A stretch of DNA of 64,000 nucleotides, from contig OZ250169.1 of the NCBI GenBank assembly GCA_965237955.1, positions 6,592,001-6,656,000 on the forward strand, given 5' to 3'. Position 1 is the stretch's first letter, and each line of letters starts with the position of its first letter. This document shows positions 30,047 to 39,202 of this stretch, piece after piece. A program made the position numbers and the translations under genes. A model generated the notes under the pieces. That model worked only from the letters and a program-made list of their open reading frames with translations. It did no database searches and was not told the DNA's origin. This DNA comes from Candidatus Marinacidobacterales bacterium. GTDB lineage: Bacteria; Acidobacteriota; Vicinamibacteria; Marinacidobacterales; SMYC01.

Positions 30047-30209
30047 CTAGTCCCCTGTATCAGAACAAACTAGATAAAGCAGAGCTTGCCGAAACCATTC
30101 TAAGTGCATGAATCTTATGAATCTTATGGGCTGGCGAAAAGCCTAACTTTGTGTAGTAATCAAAGATCCAGGGGACGCTGCTCGGCACGGCAAAGATCCA
30201 GGGGACTAG
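30047..30209. mobile_element. MITE-like non-autonomous element with CTAG-ended terminal inverted repeats
   Basis: Left ctagtcccctgtatc versus reverse complement of right ctagtcccctggatc (14/15); AT-rich non-coding interior; second copy of the right end at 30161-30175. Confidence 0.6.
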
Positions 30210-30220
30210 GAGAATGTTAA

Positions 30221-30401
30221 ATGAAGGTTAACCGAAGGGCTTTCCTCGGAACGCTGGGCACGGCCACCGCGGTCGGCGCCATGTCGCACGAGGCCCGCGC
30301 GGAAGCGCTAGGGCATACATGATCGAACAGCTTCCGTTCAGCGGAACCCACTTCGGACACCCCAGGCTTTTCAGCGTCCGCGTGCGCCTGTCGTTCCCTA
30401 A
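30221..30401 (+). pseudogene. Chimeric remnant: Tat signal peptide joined to a TonB-receptor-like C-terminus
   Basis: MKVNRRAFLGTLGTATAVGAMSHEARAEAL followed by PFSGTHFGHPRLFSVRVRLSFP*. Confidence 0.45.
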
Positions 30402-30404
30402 GCA

Positions 30405-30920
30405 TCAGGTTTCCACTTGGTGAAGGACGGGCTCACGTTTCGTGAGAACGGCACGCACGAACAAGTAGATGAGACTCAAGAGGCCGAGCGCCAAGCCGAC
30501 GACGACGCCGGCATCGATGATGCCTCGCCATGGTTGTGCGAGTTGGCGGATGGTGACGACGACCAAGACGATCCCAATCACCAGGCTCCGGCTCACGATG
30601 AGGACTTTTCGGGGCGCGTGGAACAGCCCCATACAAAAGGCCGGGGCGAGCAACACCCGTCCCCAGCTCGGGTTCCGCCCAAGATAGAGCGCTCGGTCCA
30701 CGGTTCGCGGCGAGAACTTCCGATGGAAACCAACGAGCCCCTCGGCATACGCGTTCGTCGCAACCCAGGCGACGAGCACGACCCAGTGCCACAGTCCAAG
30801 CTGGCCCGCGCGGATTGGCTCGAGCGCAATCGGCGTGAGCGAGATCAGGGCGCGGGCAACGAGAGCCATGACTCCAGCGATTCCCCAGCTCGCGATGATG
30901 AGTCCTCTCCCGGTGCGCAC
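30405..30920 (-). CDS. Hypothetical membrane protein
   Basis: About 4 hydrophobic helices; NAYAEG..GF.RKFSPR; QPWRGIIDAGVVVGL. Confidence 0.7.
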   Translation of the reverse strand: MRTGRGLIIASWGIAGVMALVARALISLTPIALEPIRAGQLGLWHWVVLVAWVATNAYAEGLVGFHRKFSPRTVDRALYLGRNPSWGRVLLAPAFCMGLFHAPRKVLIVSRSLVIGIVLVVVTIRQLAQPWRGIIDAGVVVGLALGLLSLIYLFVRAVLTKREPVLHQVET

Positions 30921-30975
30921 GCGCAGCTATTCTAGCCGCAATCCGGTGCATTGCGGTGCTCAGGGCTTCTGGTTG

Positions 30976-32724
30976 TCACTCAGCCGCGTTCACGGTCGTT
31001 TCGGCCGTCAACCACGACCAGACGTCGTCGGCCGGCATCGGGCGTGCGTACAGAAAACCTTGCACGAGGTGGCAGCCTTGACGTTTCAGGATTTCGACTT
31101 GGCTATCTTCCTCGACACCTTCTGCCAAGACGTGAAGTCTCAACGCCCGGCCCAACGCAACGATGGCGGAGCAGATGCTGCGATCGTCTTCGTCTTCCGC
31201 GATGTCGCGAATGAAGGCGCGATCAATCTTGAGGGTATCGACGGGGAACGCCTTCAACACCGCGAGCGAGGAGTGACCGGTGCCGAAATCGTCGAGAGCC
31301 ACGAGCGCGCCCAAATCCTTGAGCTCCGTCAGCACCCGACGCGCGTAGTTCTGGTCGTCCATGAGGACGGACTCGGTGAGCTCGAGCTCGAGTGTTTCGG
31401 GTGAAAGGCCAGTTTCGTCGAGGATGTCCGCGACTTTCTGGACGAGCTCACGCTGTCGAAACTGTTTGGCCGACAGGTTGACAGCGACCCGCAGATTGGA
31501 AAGTCCCGCGTATTGCCACGCCCGAGCTTGCGTACACGCCTTGCGGAGGACCCACTCGCCCACGGGAACGATCAGGCCAGTCTCCTCCAAGATCGGGATG
31601 AACTCTGCGGGTGAGCGCATGCCTTCCTCGGGGTCGTTCCAGCGCAGGAGCGCCTCGAGCCCGATCACTTTCCCGTCTTGCATGTCGAGATGAGGTTGGT
31701 AGTGCAGCACGAACTCCTTGCGCTTGAGTGCGCTCCTCAAGCGGTTCCCCATGGCGAGCCGATCGGGGAGGTTCTCGTTCAGCTGCGCGGAGTAGACACG
31801 GTAGTTGCTACCACCGTTGTTCTTGACACCAAGCATCGCAGCGTCGGCGTTTCGTAATAGCGTTTCGCTATCGCTCCCATCCGTGGGGTGAACCGCGATA
31901 CCAACGCTCGCGGTGACGTAGAGATCTTGACCCTTGAAGGCGAACGGCCGCGAAAGAGCGTACATGATGCGCTGGGCAACGATGACGGCGTCCTGCGGAC
32001 GAGACATCTCTTCGAGAAGCGCAGCAAACTCATCTCCGCCCCAGCGCGCCACCAGGTCGACGTTGCGCACGCAGTATCGAAGCCGGCCCGCGACCATGCG
32101 CAGAAGCTCGTCGCCGACCCCATGCCCGAAAGCGCTGTTGATCGCTTTGAAGCCGTCGAGTCCGATGAGCATCACTCCGGTGGTCTTGCCGTCACCCGCC
32201 CGAGACAGCGCTCGCGCAAGCTTCGAATGCAAGAGATGTCGTGTGGGAATCTCCGTTACCGAATCGAGCGTCGGTGGCTCGTCCGTTCCTTGTTCGAGCG
32301 CTTGCCGCTGGCGCTCGATGGCGCGCCGCATGCGCATGGTCTCGAGTGCATTCCTGATCGCACGATACGGCTCGGTGCTACCGGAGCGAGTCGAAAAGAC
32401 AATGTCTTGTGCACCCGCGTCCAGCGCCGCTTGCGCGATGTCGTCGTCGTCATCATCAGAGGCGAGCATCAGGACCACCGGAACCGCAACTGCGTTCTCA
32501 CGGTGGCCCAACTTCTCCAGAGCGTCCAAGCCGAAGTCACGGACGCGGTGACTCACCAGGACACAATCGAGCTCACCCGCATCCTCGATGGCGAGCCCCT
32601 TGCCGACATCACTCGCCTCCAAGAACCGAACGCCAGTATCGAGGTGCTGCTCGAGACGCCGCTTCCAGCGCTCACGGTCGCGCCGAAGCCTGTCGATGAT
32701 GAGAATGGTCGCTTCGCTCGTCAT
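30976..32724 (-). CDS. Degenerate REC-GGDEF-EAL c-di-GMP protein
   Basis: RWGGDEF, LEALLRW, ELELTES, DDFGTG, KIDRAF, AEGVE; the REC domain lacks the phospho-Asp. Confidence 0.93.
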   Translation of the reverse strand: MTSEATILIIDRLRRDRERWKRRLEQHLDTGVRFLEASDVGKGLAIEDAGELDCVLVSHRVRDFGLDALEKLGHRENAVAVPVVLMLASDDDDDDIAQAALDAGAQDIVFSTRSGSTEPYRAIRNALETMRMRRAIERQRQALEQGTDEPPTLDSVTEIPTRHLLHSKLARALSRAGDGKTTGVMLIGLDGFKAINSAFGHGVGDELLRMVAGRLRYCVRNVDLVARWGGDEFAALLEEMSRPQDAVIVAQRIMYALSRPFAFKGQDLYVTASVGIAVHPTDGSDSETLLRNADAAMLGVKNNGGSNYRVYSAQLNENLPDRLAMGNRLRSALKRKEFVLHYQPHLDMQDGKVIGLEALLRWNDPEEGMRSPAEFIPILEETGLIVPVGEWVLRKACTQARAWQYAGLSNLRVAVNLSAKQFRQRELVQKVADILDETGLSPETLELELTESVLMDDQNYARRVLTELKDLGALVALDDFGTGHSSLAVLKAFPVDTLKIDRAFIRDIAEDEDDRSICSAIVALGRALRLHVLAEGVEEDSQVEILKRQGCHLVQGFLYARPMPADDVWSWLTAETTVNAAE

Positions 32725-32816
32725 GATGGATTGTCGGGAAAAAGCCGGAAAATGTGGCCTTCTACCTACGCTCACGGCGAGAAGCGCCGCAGCACAAACC
32801 GCTCGGGCACCATCTA

Positions 32817-32832
32817 AGCAAGGATTGTGCCC
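32817..32832 (-). promoter_or_regulatory. Putative sigma-54 -24/-12 promoter of the GGDEF-EAL gene
   Basis: Minus strand GGGCAC-AATCC-TTGCT matches TGGCAC-N5-TTGC(A/T). Confidence 0.55.
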
Positions 32833-32985
32833 GGCCTTGCTCAATCGTCCAACTCGTTTCTTTTCATCACTGGAGTACCCCACGGTAAGTTGTAGGAATG
32901 CAGGGGGATTTATTTTTGCAACCTCGGCGAGCTGTTAACGGGTGGAAAAACCCTCGGCCCGAGCTCTCAACCCGCGCCCAGCGGC

Positions 32986-33001
32986 GGGCACAGAACTTGC
33001 A
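32986..33001 (+). promoter_or_regulatory. Putative sigma-54 -24/-12 promoter of the FHA gene
   Basis: GGGCAC-AGAAC-TTGCA. Confidence 0.55.
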
Positions 33002-33016
33002 TCCCCGATCGTTATC

Positions 33017-34042
33017 GTGTCGGAGGAACGGTCAGACAACACCACCGAGCTTCTTCTGCTCGCCACCGAACGCCAGGTGTATGCATTCGACCTGTCCCAC
33101 CGCGCCCGCGTGACCATCGGCCGCCACGAGTCGAACGACTTAGAGCTCGCTTCGCGGACAGTCTCCAATTTTCACGCCGAGATCGTGAGCGAGAACGGCC
33201 GGCTCCACGTCCGGGATCTGGGCAGTACCAACGGAACACACGTAAACGAAGTTCAGATCGACTCCGAACGAGTGGACACCGGAGACCAGATCCGCGTCGG
33301 CAACCACGTGATGACGTTACAGCTCAAGTCGGTGGACGGCCCCGAAGCTGCATTCCTGCAATATCAGAAAAGCCCACAGGTCTTGGGCCCCGGAACCCGT
33401 GGACGCATCATTTCGATGAGCGGGCGCTCGGCCGACGCGATGAAGACGATTCGCGGTGTAGACCCGAACGACTTCACGTTTCCCGACCTGCTCAAGCTCC
33501 TGACCTCGAATACCCAATCGGTGCGAGCTGTCGTCACACGAGGCGCCGAGGTTGCCCGGGTCGTCATCCACAAACAAAACATCATCCACGCCGAATACGG
33601 CGATGCTGTCGGCGAGAAGGCACTCTACCGCCTGTTTGGATGGCGGGACGCCAGCTACGAAATCGAAGCGCTGCAACCCGCCGACGGAATTTCTCGATCG
33701 ATTTCGCTACCGGTCGACACGCTCATCATGGAGGGAATGGAGCATGCGGTCGAGCTCGGCAGGCTCGTCGCCACGCTACCGCCTCTAGGAGCACCGCTTC
33801 GAATCAAAGAAGATTGCCCGCTTCCCATGACAGCGCATTCGCCCGAAGAGATTGAGGTGTTCCAGTTCATCGTTCGCCACGAAACGATCGGCACCGTGCT
33901 TGCGAAGTCTGCCCTCGCGGACGTGCGTGTTCTTCGTCTTATCGACTCGTTACTCCGTAAAGGTGTTTTCGAGACCGCAAGAGACACCGACGCTACGCTC
34001 GACGGAACGGCGCTTCCGGAATCTCTTCGAACCGGCAGCTGA
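33017..34042 (+). CDS. FHA domain + DUF4388/PATAN domain protein (start at GTG 33017 inferred)
   Basis: IGRHESND, VSNFHAEI, DLGSTNGT; FPDLLKLL...IIHAEYGDAVGEKALYRLFGW. Confidence 0.85.
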   Translation: MSEERSDNTTELLLLATERQVYAFDLSHRARVTIGRHESNDLELASRTVSNFHAEIVSENGRLHVRDLGSTNGTHVNEVQIDSERVDTGDQIRVGNHVMTLQLKSVDGPEAAFLQYQKSPQVLGPGTRGRIISMSGRSADAMKTIRGVDPNDFTFPDLLKLLTSNTQSVRAVVTRGAEVARVVIHKQNIIHAEYGDAVGEKALYRLFGWRDASYEIEALQPADGISRSISLPVDTLIMEGMEHAVELGRLVATLPPLGAPLRIKEDCPLPMTAHSPEEIEVFQFIVRHETIGTVLAKSALADVRVLRLIDSLLRKGVFETARDTDATLDGTALPESLRTGS

Positions 34043-34054
34043 GGCTCGCCAGCG

Positions 34055-35446
34055 CTACGTCGAGCTCCACGCGGTGAGACCGCGCTCTTCGTCGGTTCCC
34101 GGTATCGTATTGTCCAGGACGAGCGCGATGAAAGCGCCCACTGCCATCCCGGTACGACCGAGCGTATTGCTGACGTCCGCGAGGAGACTCCAAGCTGGTC
34201 CGAAGTCGACAGGGTTCGCGGTGAAGTATTGCGGAACCGAAAGCCCCATGAAGAACGCGAACCCGAGGATGAACAAATTGCGCGCTGAGTTCAGGTTCAC
34301 GAACTGCAAGTTCGACAGTCCGACCGCGGCGATCATCCCGAACATCGCGCAGTACATGCCACCCACGATAGGTTGAGGGATCGTCGTAAAGAGCGCGCCG
34401 AACTTTCCGAACGCGCCGAGAACCAACATGAACGCGGCGCCGGTCTGAACGACGCGGCGGCTTCCGACCCGGGTCAGACCGATCGCTCCGATGTTCTCGC
34501 TGTAGGATGTCGTCCCGTTTCCGGTCCCGAAAATTCCGGCGATGAGACAGCCAACGCCCTCCATGCCGATGCCCCGGTTCACGACCGAAGAGCTCGGTAC
34601 CGGTGCGCCCGCAAGCCGAGCGCACGCGTAGTAGTCTCCGACCGACTCCACCATCGAGGCGAGGTAGCCCGCGAGCATGCCGACGGTCGCGGCCAACCCG
34701 AAAACGGGCAGGCCCCATTGAAACGGATACGGGACTCGGACCCAGGGAGCTGCGCGCACGTTGTCCATCGAAACGTACGCTGGGTGACCTTCCGCAAACA
34801 CGCCGAGCGCCGTGAGAAGGCTCGCCACACCCCAGGACAACAAGATCGCGAGCATGATGGGAAACAGCTCGAACGCCCGATGAGTGCGCCGCATGTATTG
34901 GCTGAACAAGATGATGAGGACGATCGTCAGCCCGCCGATCCCCCAATGCTTGCCCGCTTCGGGCGCACCCAAGTTGAAAAGCGCCAGTCCGATGAGCGCG
35001 ATCGTCGGCGCGATCGTGATCGGCCCGACAAAGCGAAGAAGCTTTCCCATCAGCCCGGAGTAACCGATCAGCATTTCGAAAAACGATCCCGCGATGACGG
35101 CGCCTTGAATGTGTTGAAGCCGCACTTCGAAACCCGCTTCACGCACGGCAGCCATCCCTATTATCGAAATCGCAGGAGCGAGGAACGAGAATGTTCCTCC
35201 TTGGATGAGCGGCAGACGGTTGCCCCACGTCGTTTGTAAAAGCGTCGTGATGCCGCTGACGAAGAACATCGTCCCGATGAGCCAGCCGAGCTCGATGGGC
35301 TTATCTGCAATCCCGAGAGGCTCGCTCAAGATCAACGGGATCGCGACCGTCGAGCCGAACATCGTGAGGTATTGCTGGAAGCCGAGTGGGATGACTTCGA
35401 CCCAGGGCGGGTTGTCGTCGATGGAATAGATGAGCTTTGGCTTCAA
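34055..35446 (-). CDS. NCS2 uracil/xanthine permease
   Basis: GFQQYLTMFG, RLPLIQG, SYSENIGAIGLTRVGSRRV NAT signature. Confidence 0.94.
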   Translation of the reverse strand: MKPKLIYSIDDNPPWVEVIPLGFQQYLTMFGSTVAIPLILSEPLGIADKPIELGWLIGTMFFVSGITTLLQTTWGNRLPLIQGGTFSFLAPAISIIGMAAVREAGFEVRLQHIQGAVIAGSFFEMLIGYSGLMGKLLRFVGPITIAPTIALIGLALFNLGAPEAGKHWGIGGLTIVLIILFSQYMRRTHRAFELFPIMLAILLSWGVASLLTALGVFAEGHPAYVSMDNVRAAPWVRVPYPFQWGLPVFGLAATVGMLAGYLASMVESVGDYYACARLAGAPVPSSSVVNRGIGMEGVGCLIAGIFGTGNGTTSYSENIGAIGLTRVGSRRVVQTGAAFMLVLGAFGKFGALFTTIPQPIVGGMYCAMFGMIAAVGLSNLQFVNLNSARNLFILGFAFFMGLSVPQYFTANPVDFGPAWSLLADVSNTLGRTGMAVGAFIALVLDNTIPGTDEERGLTAWSST

Positions 35447-35579
35447 GAAGCGTTAAAGGTAGGCGCGCGCCTCGACGATGTCAATTCGAACGTGCGCAGC
35501 AAGAAAAGTGAGAGAATGTGCGGCATGGAATTCGCGACTTGTCTAGCCTCTGCGGTGAGTCTTTCTTTTCCAGCTCAGC

Positions 35580-36452
35580 TCAGGGCAGCAGCCCCGTCAT
35601 GTCGCCGTAGGTCTCCGGCCGGCGGTAGCGGTAGAACTGCCACACCCGGCGGACCTCTTCGATCATGTCGAGGTCCATCTCCGCCGTCACGAGCTCGTCT
35701 TGATCTTCACTGCCTTCCGCAAGAAACTGCCCACGCGGGTCGACGAAGTAGCTGTGTCCGTAGAATTTTCCGATGTTCCACGGCGCTTCCTCTCCGACGC
35801 GGTTGAGACAACCCATGAAGTACCCGTTGGCAACGGCATGCGCGGGCTGCTCGAGCTTCCAAAGATACTGCGATAACACGGCCACCGTGGCCGATGGATT
35901 GAACACGATCTCCGCACCAGCCAGCCCGAGCAAACGCGCTCCCTCGGGAAAATGGCGGTCGTAACATATATAAAGGCCGACTTTCGCGTGCGCCGTATCG
36001 AATACCGGATAACCGAGATTGCCGGGCTTGAAGAAATACTTCTCCCAGAACCCGGACGTGTGCGGCAAGTGGTTCTTCCGGTACTTGCCCAGATACTTCC
36101 CATCCGCATCGATGATCGCCGCCGAGTTGTAGTAAACACCCGCCTGCTCCCGCTCATAGATCGGAATGATGAGAACCATTTCGTACTTCTGCGCGTAAGG
36201 CGTGAGCGCTTCCGTCGTCGGTCCCGGGATCGGCTCGGCAGCGTCGTACCAGCGCGCGTCCTGAGACGGGCAAAAGTAGGGCCCGTTGAAAATTTCCTGG
36301 AGGCACAGAATCTGAACGCCCTCCTGCCCCGCTTCCTCAACGAGCGGGATGTGCTTTTCGAGGGCCGCGTCCTGGATTTCCTTCACGGGACGAGTTTCGT
36401 CGTTGATGGGATTTTCACATTGGATGAGACCGCCTTTCACGAGCCTGGCCAT
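35580..36452 (-). CDS. Nitrilase-family beta-ureidopropionase-like carbamoylase
   Basis: LQEIFNGPYFC, YRKNHLP, FWEKYFFKPG, ICYDRHFPE (E-K-C triad); AAAGGAG RBS. Confidence 0.9.
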   Translation of the reverse strand: MARLVKGGLIQCENPINDETRPVKEIQDAALEKHIPLVEEAGQEGVQILCLQEIFNGPYFCPSQDARWYDAAEPIPGPTTEALTPYAQKYEMVLIIPIYEREQAGVYYNSAAIIDADGKYLGKYRKNHLPHTSGFWEKYFFKPGNLGYPVFDTAHAKVGLYICYDRHFPEGARLLGLAGAEIVFNPSATVAVLSQYLWKLEQPAHAVANGYFMGCLNRVGEEAPWNIGKFYGHSYFVDPRGQFLAEGSEDQDELVTAEMDLDMIEEVRRVWQFYRYRRPETYGDMTGLLP

Positions 36453-36797
36453 CGCTGAACTCCTTTTCACTTTTCAGTGTCGCGCGCTGCGCAAGGGACG
36501 CTATCAGACGCGCCCACGGACAAGCTCTCCTTATGGCCCTCGAGCTCCCCGGGCGGCTGGACGCTAGCCCGCGCCGGGAAGCCCGAGCTCGAGGGGTAGC
36601 GTTCCCAACACTCCCAATCTAAATGATTGCGAGACCACGACTCCGTCCTCGAACGCGACGGGAAGCGGCTACAGGCATCTTGCCGCGAAGCGGCACCGAA
36701 GGAGCTTCCCGCCGGGCCGCGGAGTTTAGTACATCACGGACGTTCTGGCAACGACATCAATTTCCCGGTAGTGCTGTAGTTTGATCAAACTGATGCA

Positions 36798-36972
36798 CTA
36801 CCAATTTCCGGCCAGGCGATTGAGTACGTGCTGCGACCGCTCGACGAGCTCCGCCACGAGCTCCGCCGCCCGACGGTTTCGGAAGAGACCAACACCCTGG
36901 CCCGCCCACATCGCCATGAAGCGTGAGTCTCCGCGTTCGGCCACTGCCTTGCGCAACTCTCTGGATACTGAA
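36798..36972 (-). pseudogene. C-terminal remnant of a nitronate monooxygenase-family gene
   Basis: LRKAVAERGDSRFMAMWAGQGVGL...AAELVAEL matches the NMO C-terminus; no N-terminal part. Confidence 0.65.
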
Positions 36973-36990
36973 TGAGGTAACATTTCGACC

Positions 36991-38259
36991 ATGATTGGCG
37001 ACAACGCTCGGCGGAGCCTAAGTATCGATGGGGCGCGGCTCATGCGCCGCCTCAACGAGCTCAACCAGCGGGGGGCACGGGATGACGGCGGCTGCAACCG
37101 CCTCGCGTTCACCGACGCCGACAAAGAAGGTCGTGACCTCGTCACCGGATGGATGCGCGAGCTCGGGATGAGCGTTACCGTCGACGCTATCGGTAACGCC
37201 GTCGCGGCGCGCCCGGGTGCGGAAGACGGCCCGCCGGTCATGTGCGGCTCGCACATCGACACCGTACGCACAGGTGGTCGCTACGACGGAAACCTCGGTG
37301 TGCTCGCCGGACTCGAGATCATCGAAACGCTGAACGACGCGGGGCTCACCACGCGCCGTCCCCTCGCGGTCGCGTTCTTCTCTAACGAGGAAGGTGCACG
37401 CATCGCGCCTGACATGATGGGTAGCCTGGTATACGTCGGTGGGCTCCCGCTCGCGGAAGCACACGCCGCGGTGAGTATCGATGGCAAGACCGTCGCCGAC
37501 GAGCTCGAGCGGATCGGCTATCGCGGCGACGCGCCTGTTCCCGGCGCGACACCGTACGCGTTCGTCGAGCTTCACATCGAGCAAGGTCCGATCCTGGAGG
37601 CGGAGGGCATCGGCCTCGGCGCGGTCACCGGTGTCCAGGGGATCTCGTGGACCGAAGTCACGGTGGAAGGCCAAGCGAACCACGCGGGCACGACACCGAT
37701 GTCGTACCGCCACGACGCCGGTTACGTCGCCGCGGAAACAGCAGCGTTCGTCCGGCGTTTGGTGAAAGAGATGGGAGGCGCGCAAGTCGGCACCGTCGGC
37801 GCGATCGACCTCGACCCGAACCTCGTGAATGTCGTCGCCCGGAAAGCCGTGCTCACCGTCGATCTACGCAACACCGACGAGAGTCTGCTGCAACAAGCCG
37901 AGGCGCGACTCAACCAGCACCTCGACACTATCGCCGAAGCCGAAGGCGTCGAGACCACGACGCGCAAGCTCGCACGGTTCGAGCCCGTCGATTTCGACCG
38001 GCGCGTTATCGAGCTCGTCGAAGATACGGCCAAAGCCCTCGGGAACACAGTCCGCCAACTACCCGCGGGAGCGGGACACGACGCCCAGATGCTCGCGCGC
38101 GTTTGCCCGACGGGCATGGTGTTCACGCCGAGCGTCAAAGGCATCAGCCACAATCCGAAAGAGCACACCGACCCGAAAGACCTCGAAGCCGGCGCCAACG
38201 TCTTGCTTCAACTGCTTCTCACCCTGTCCGAGTCCGACGACATCCCGGTGCGTTTATGA
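36991..38259 (+). CDS. M20 Zn-dependent N-carbamoyl-L-amino acid/allantoate amidohydrolase
   Basis: GSHIDTV, GRYDGNLGV, NEEG, ELHIEQGP, HAGTTPM, GAGHDA, SHNPKE. Confidence 0.93.
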   Translation: MIGDNARRSLSIDGARLMRRLNELNQRGARDDGGCNRLAFTDADKEGRDLVTGWMRELGMSVTVDAIGNAVAARPGAEDGPPVMCGSHIDTVRTGGRYDGNLGVLAGLEIIETLNDAGLTTRRPLAVAFFSNEEGARIAPDMMGSLVYVGGLPLAEAHAAVSIDGKTVADELERIGYRGDAPVPGATPYAFVELHIEQGPILEAEGIGLGAVTGVQGISWTEVTVEGQANHAGTTPMSYRHDAGYVAAETAAFVRRLVKEMGGAQVGTVGAIDLDPNLVNVVARKAVLTVDLRNTDESLLQQAEARLNQHLDTIAEAEGVETTTRKLARFEPVDFDRRVIELVEDTAKALGNTVRQLPAGAGHDAQMLARVCPTGMVFTPSVKGISHNPKEHTDPKDLEAGANVLLQLLLTLSESDDIPVRL

Positions 38260-39188
38260 GCCGCGAGGTCGTCATCGCAGCGGCCCAGCTCGGTCCCATC
38301 TCGAGAAGCGACAGCCGCGAGGCCGTCGTCGAACGGCTCCTCGCCCTCTTGCATCAAGCCCACGAGCAAGGCGCCGAGCTCGTGGTGTACCCGGAGCTCG
38401 CACTCACAACGTTTTTCCCGCGTTGGAGCATCGACGACCAGGACGAGATCGACAGATTTTTCGAGCGCGAGATGCCGAACGCAGCAACGCAGCCGTTGTT
38501 CGACGAAGCGAATAAACTCGGCGTCGGTTTCAGTGTCGGTTATGCCGAGCTCACACCGGACGGGCACCACTACAACACGCAGATTCTTGTCGAGCGCAAC
38601 GGCACCGTTGTCGGAAAGTTTCGCAAAGTCCACCTCCCCGGCCACGAAGAGAACGAAACGTGGCGCAAGTTCCAACATCTGGAGCGGCGTTACTTCGAGC
38701 CGGGCCCCGAAGGCTTTCAAGTGTGGCGCGCGTTCGGTGGCATAATAGGCATGGCCATTTGCAACGATCGGCGTTGGCCGGAAACGTATCGCGTGATGGG
38801 TCTTCAAGGCGCGGAGCTCATTCTCATCGGCTACAACACGCCAATTCACTACGCGCCTGATCCCAGCCAGGACGTTCTCCGAAGTTTTCACAACCATCTC
38901 GTCATGCAGGCGGGCGCGTATCAGAACGGCACGTGGGTCGTCGGTGTCGCCAAGGGCGGCTGTGAAGAAGGCGTCGATTCGCTTACAGAGAGTGCGATCA
39001 TCGCCCCTTCGGGGCAGATCGTCGCGCGATGCGACTCGGAGAGTGACGAGGTCGCCGTCGCGCGATGCGATCTCGATATGTGTAAGAACTACAAAGGCAC
39101 GCTGTTCGACTTCGAGCGCTACCGCATGCCCGAGCACTACAAGCGCATCACCGAGCAACGCGGCGCTATTGAACCGGCCCCGGACTGA
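38256..39188 (+). CDS. N-carbamoyl-D-amino acid hydrolase (nitrilase family)
   Basis: AAAQLGPI, PELALTTFFPRW, FRKVHLPGH, FQHLERRYF, ICNDRRWPE. Confidence 0.92.
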   Translation: MSREVVIAAAQLGPISRSDSREAVVERLLALLHQAHEQGAELVVYPELALTTFFPRWSIDDQDEIDRFFEREMPNAATQPLFDEANKLGVGFSVGYAELTPDGHHYNTQILVERNGTVVGKFRKVHLPGHEENETWRKFQHLERRYFEPGPEGFQVWRAFGGIIGMAICNDRRWPETYRVMGLQGAELILIGYNTPIHYAPDPSQDVLRSFHNHLVMQAGAYQNGTWVVGVAKGGCEEGVDSLTESAIIAPSGQIVARCDSESDEVAVARCDLDMCKNYKGTLFDFERYRMPEHYKRITEQRGAIEPAPD

Positions 39189-39202
39189 CCCGGAATGACC
39201 CA

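Noticed and set aside
35521-35536. GG-N10-GC motif between the permease and nitrilase genes
   Set aside because: Wrong strand for the flanking genes and a weak match
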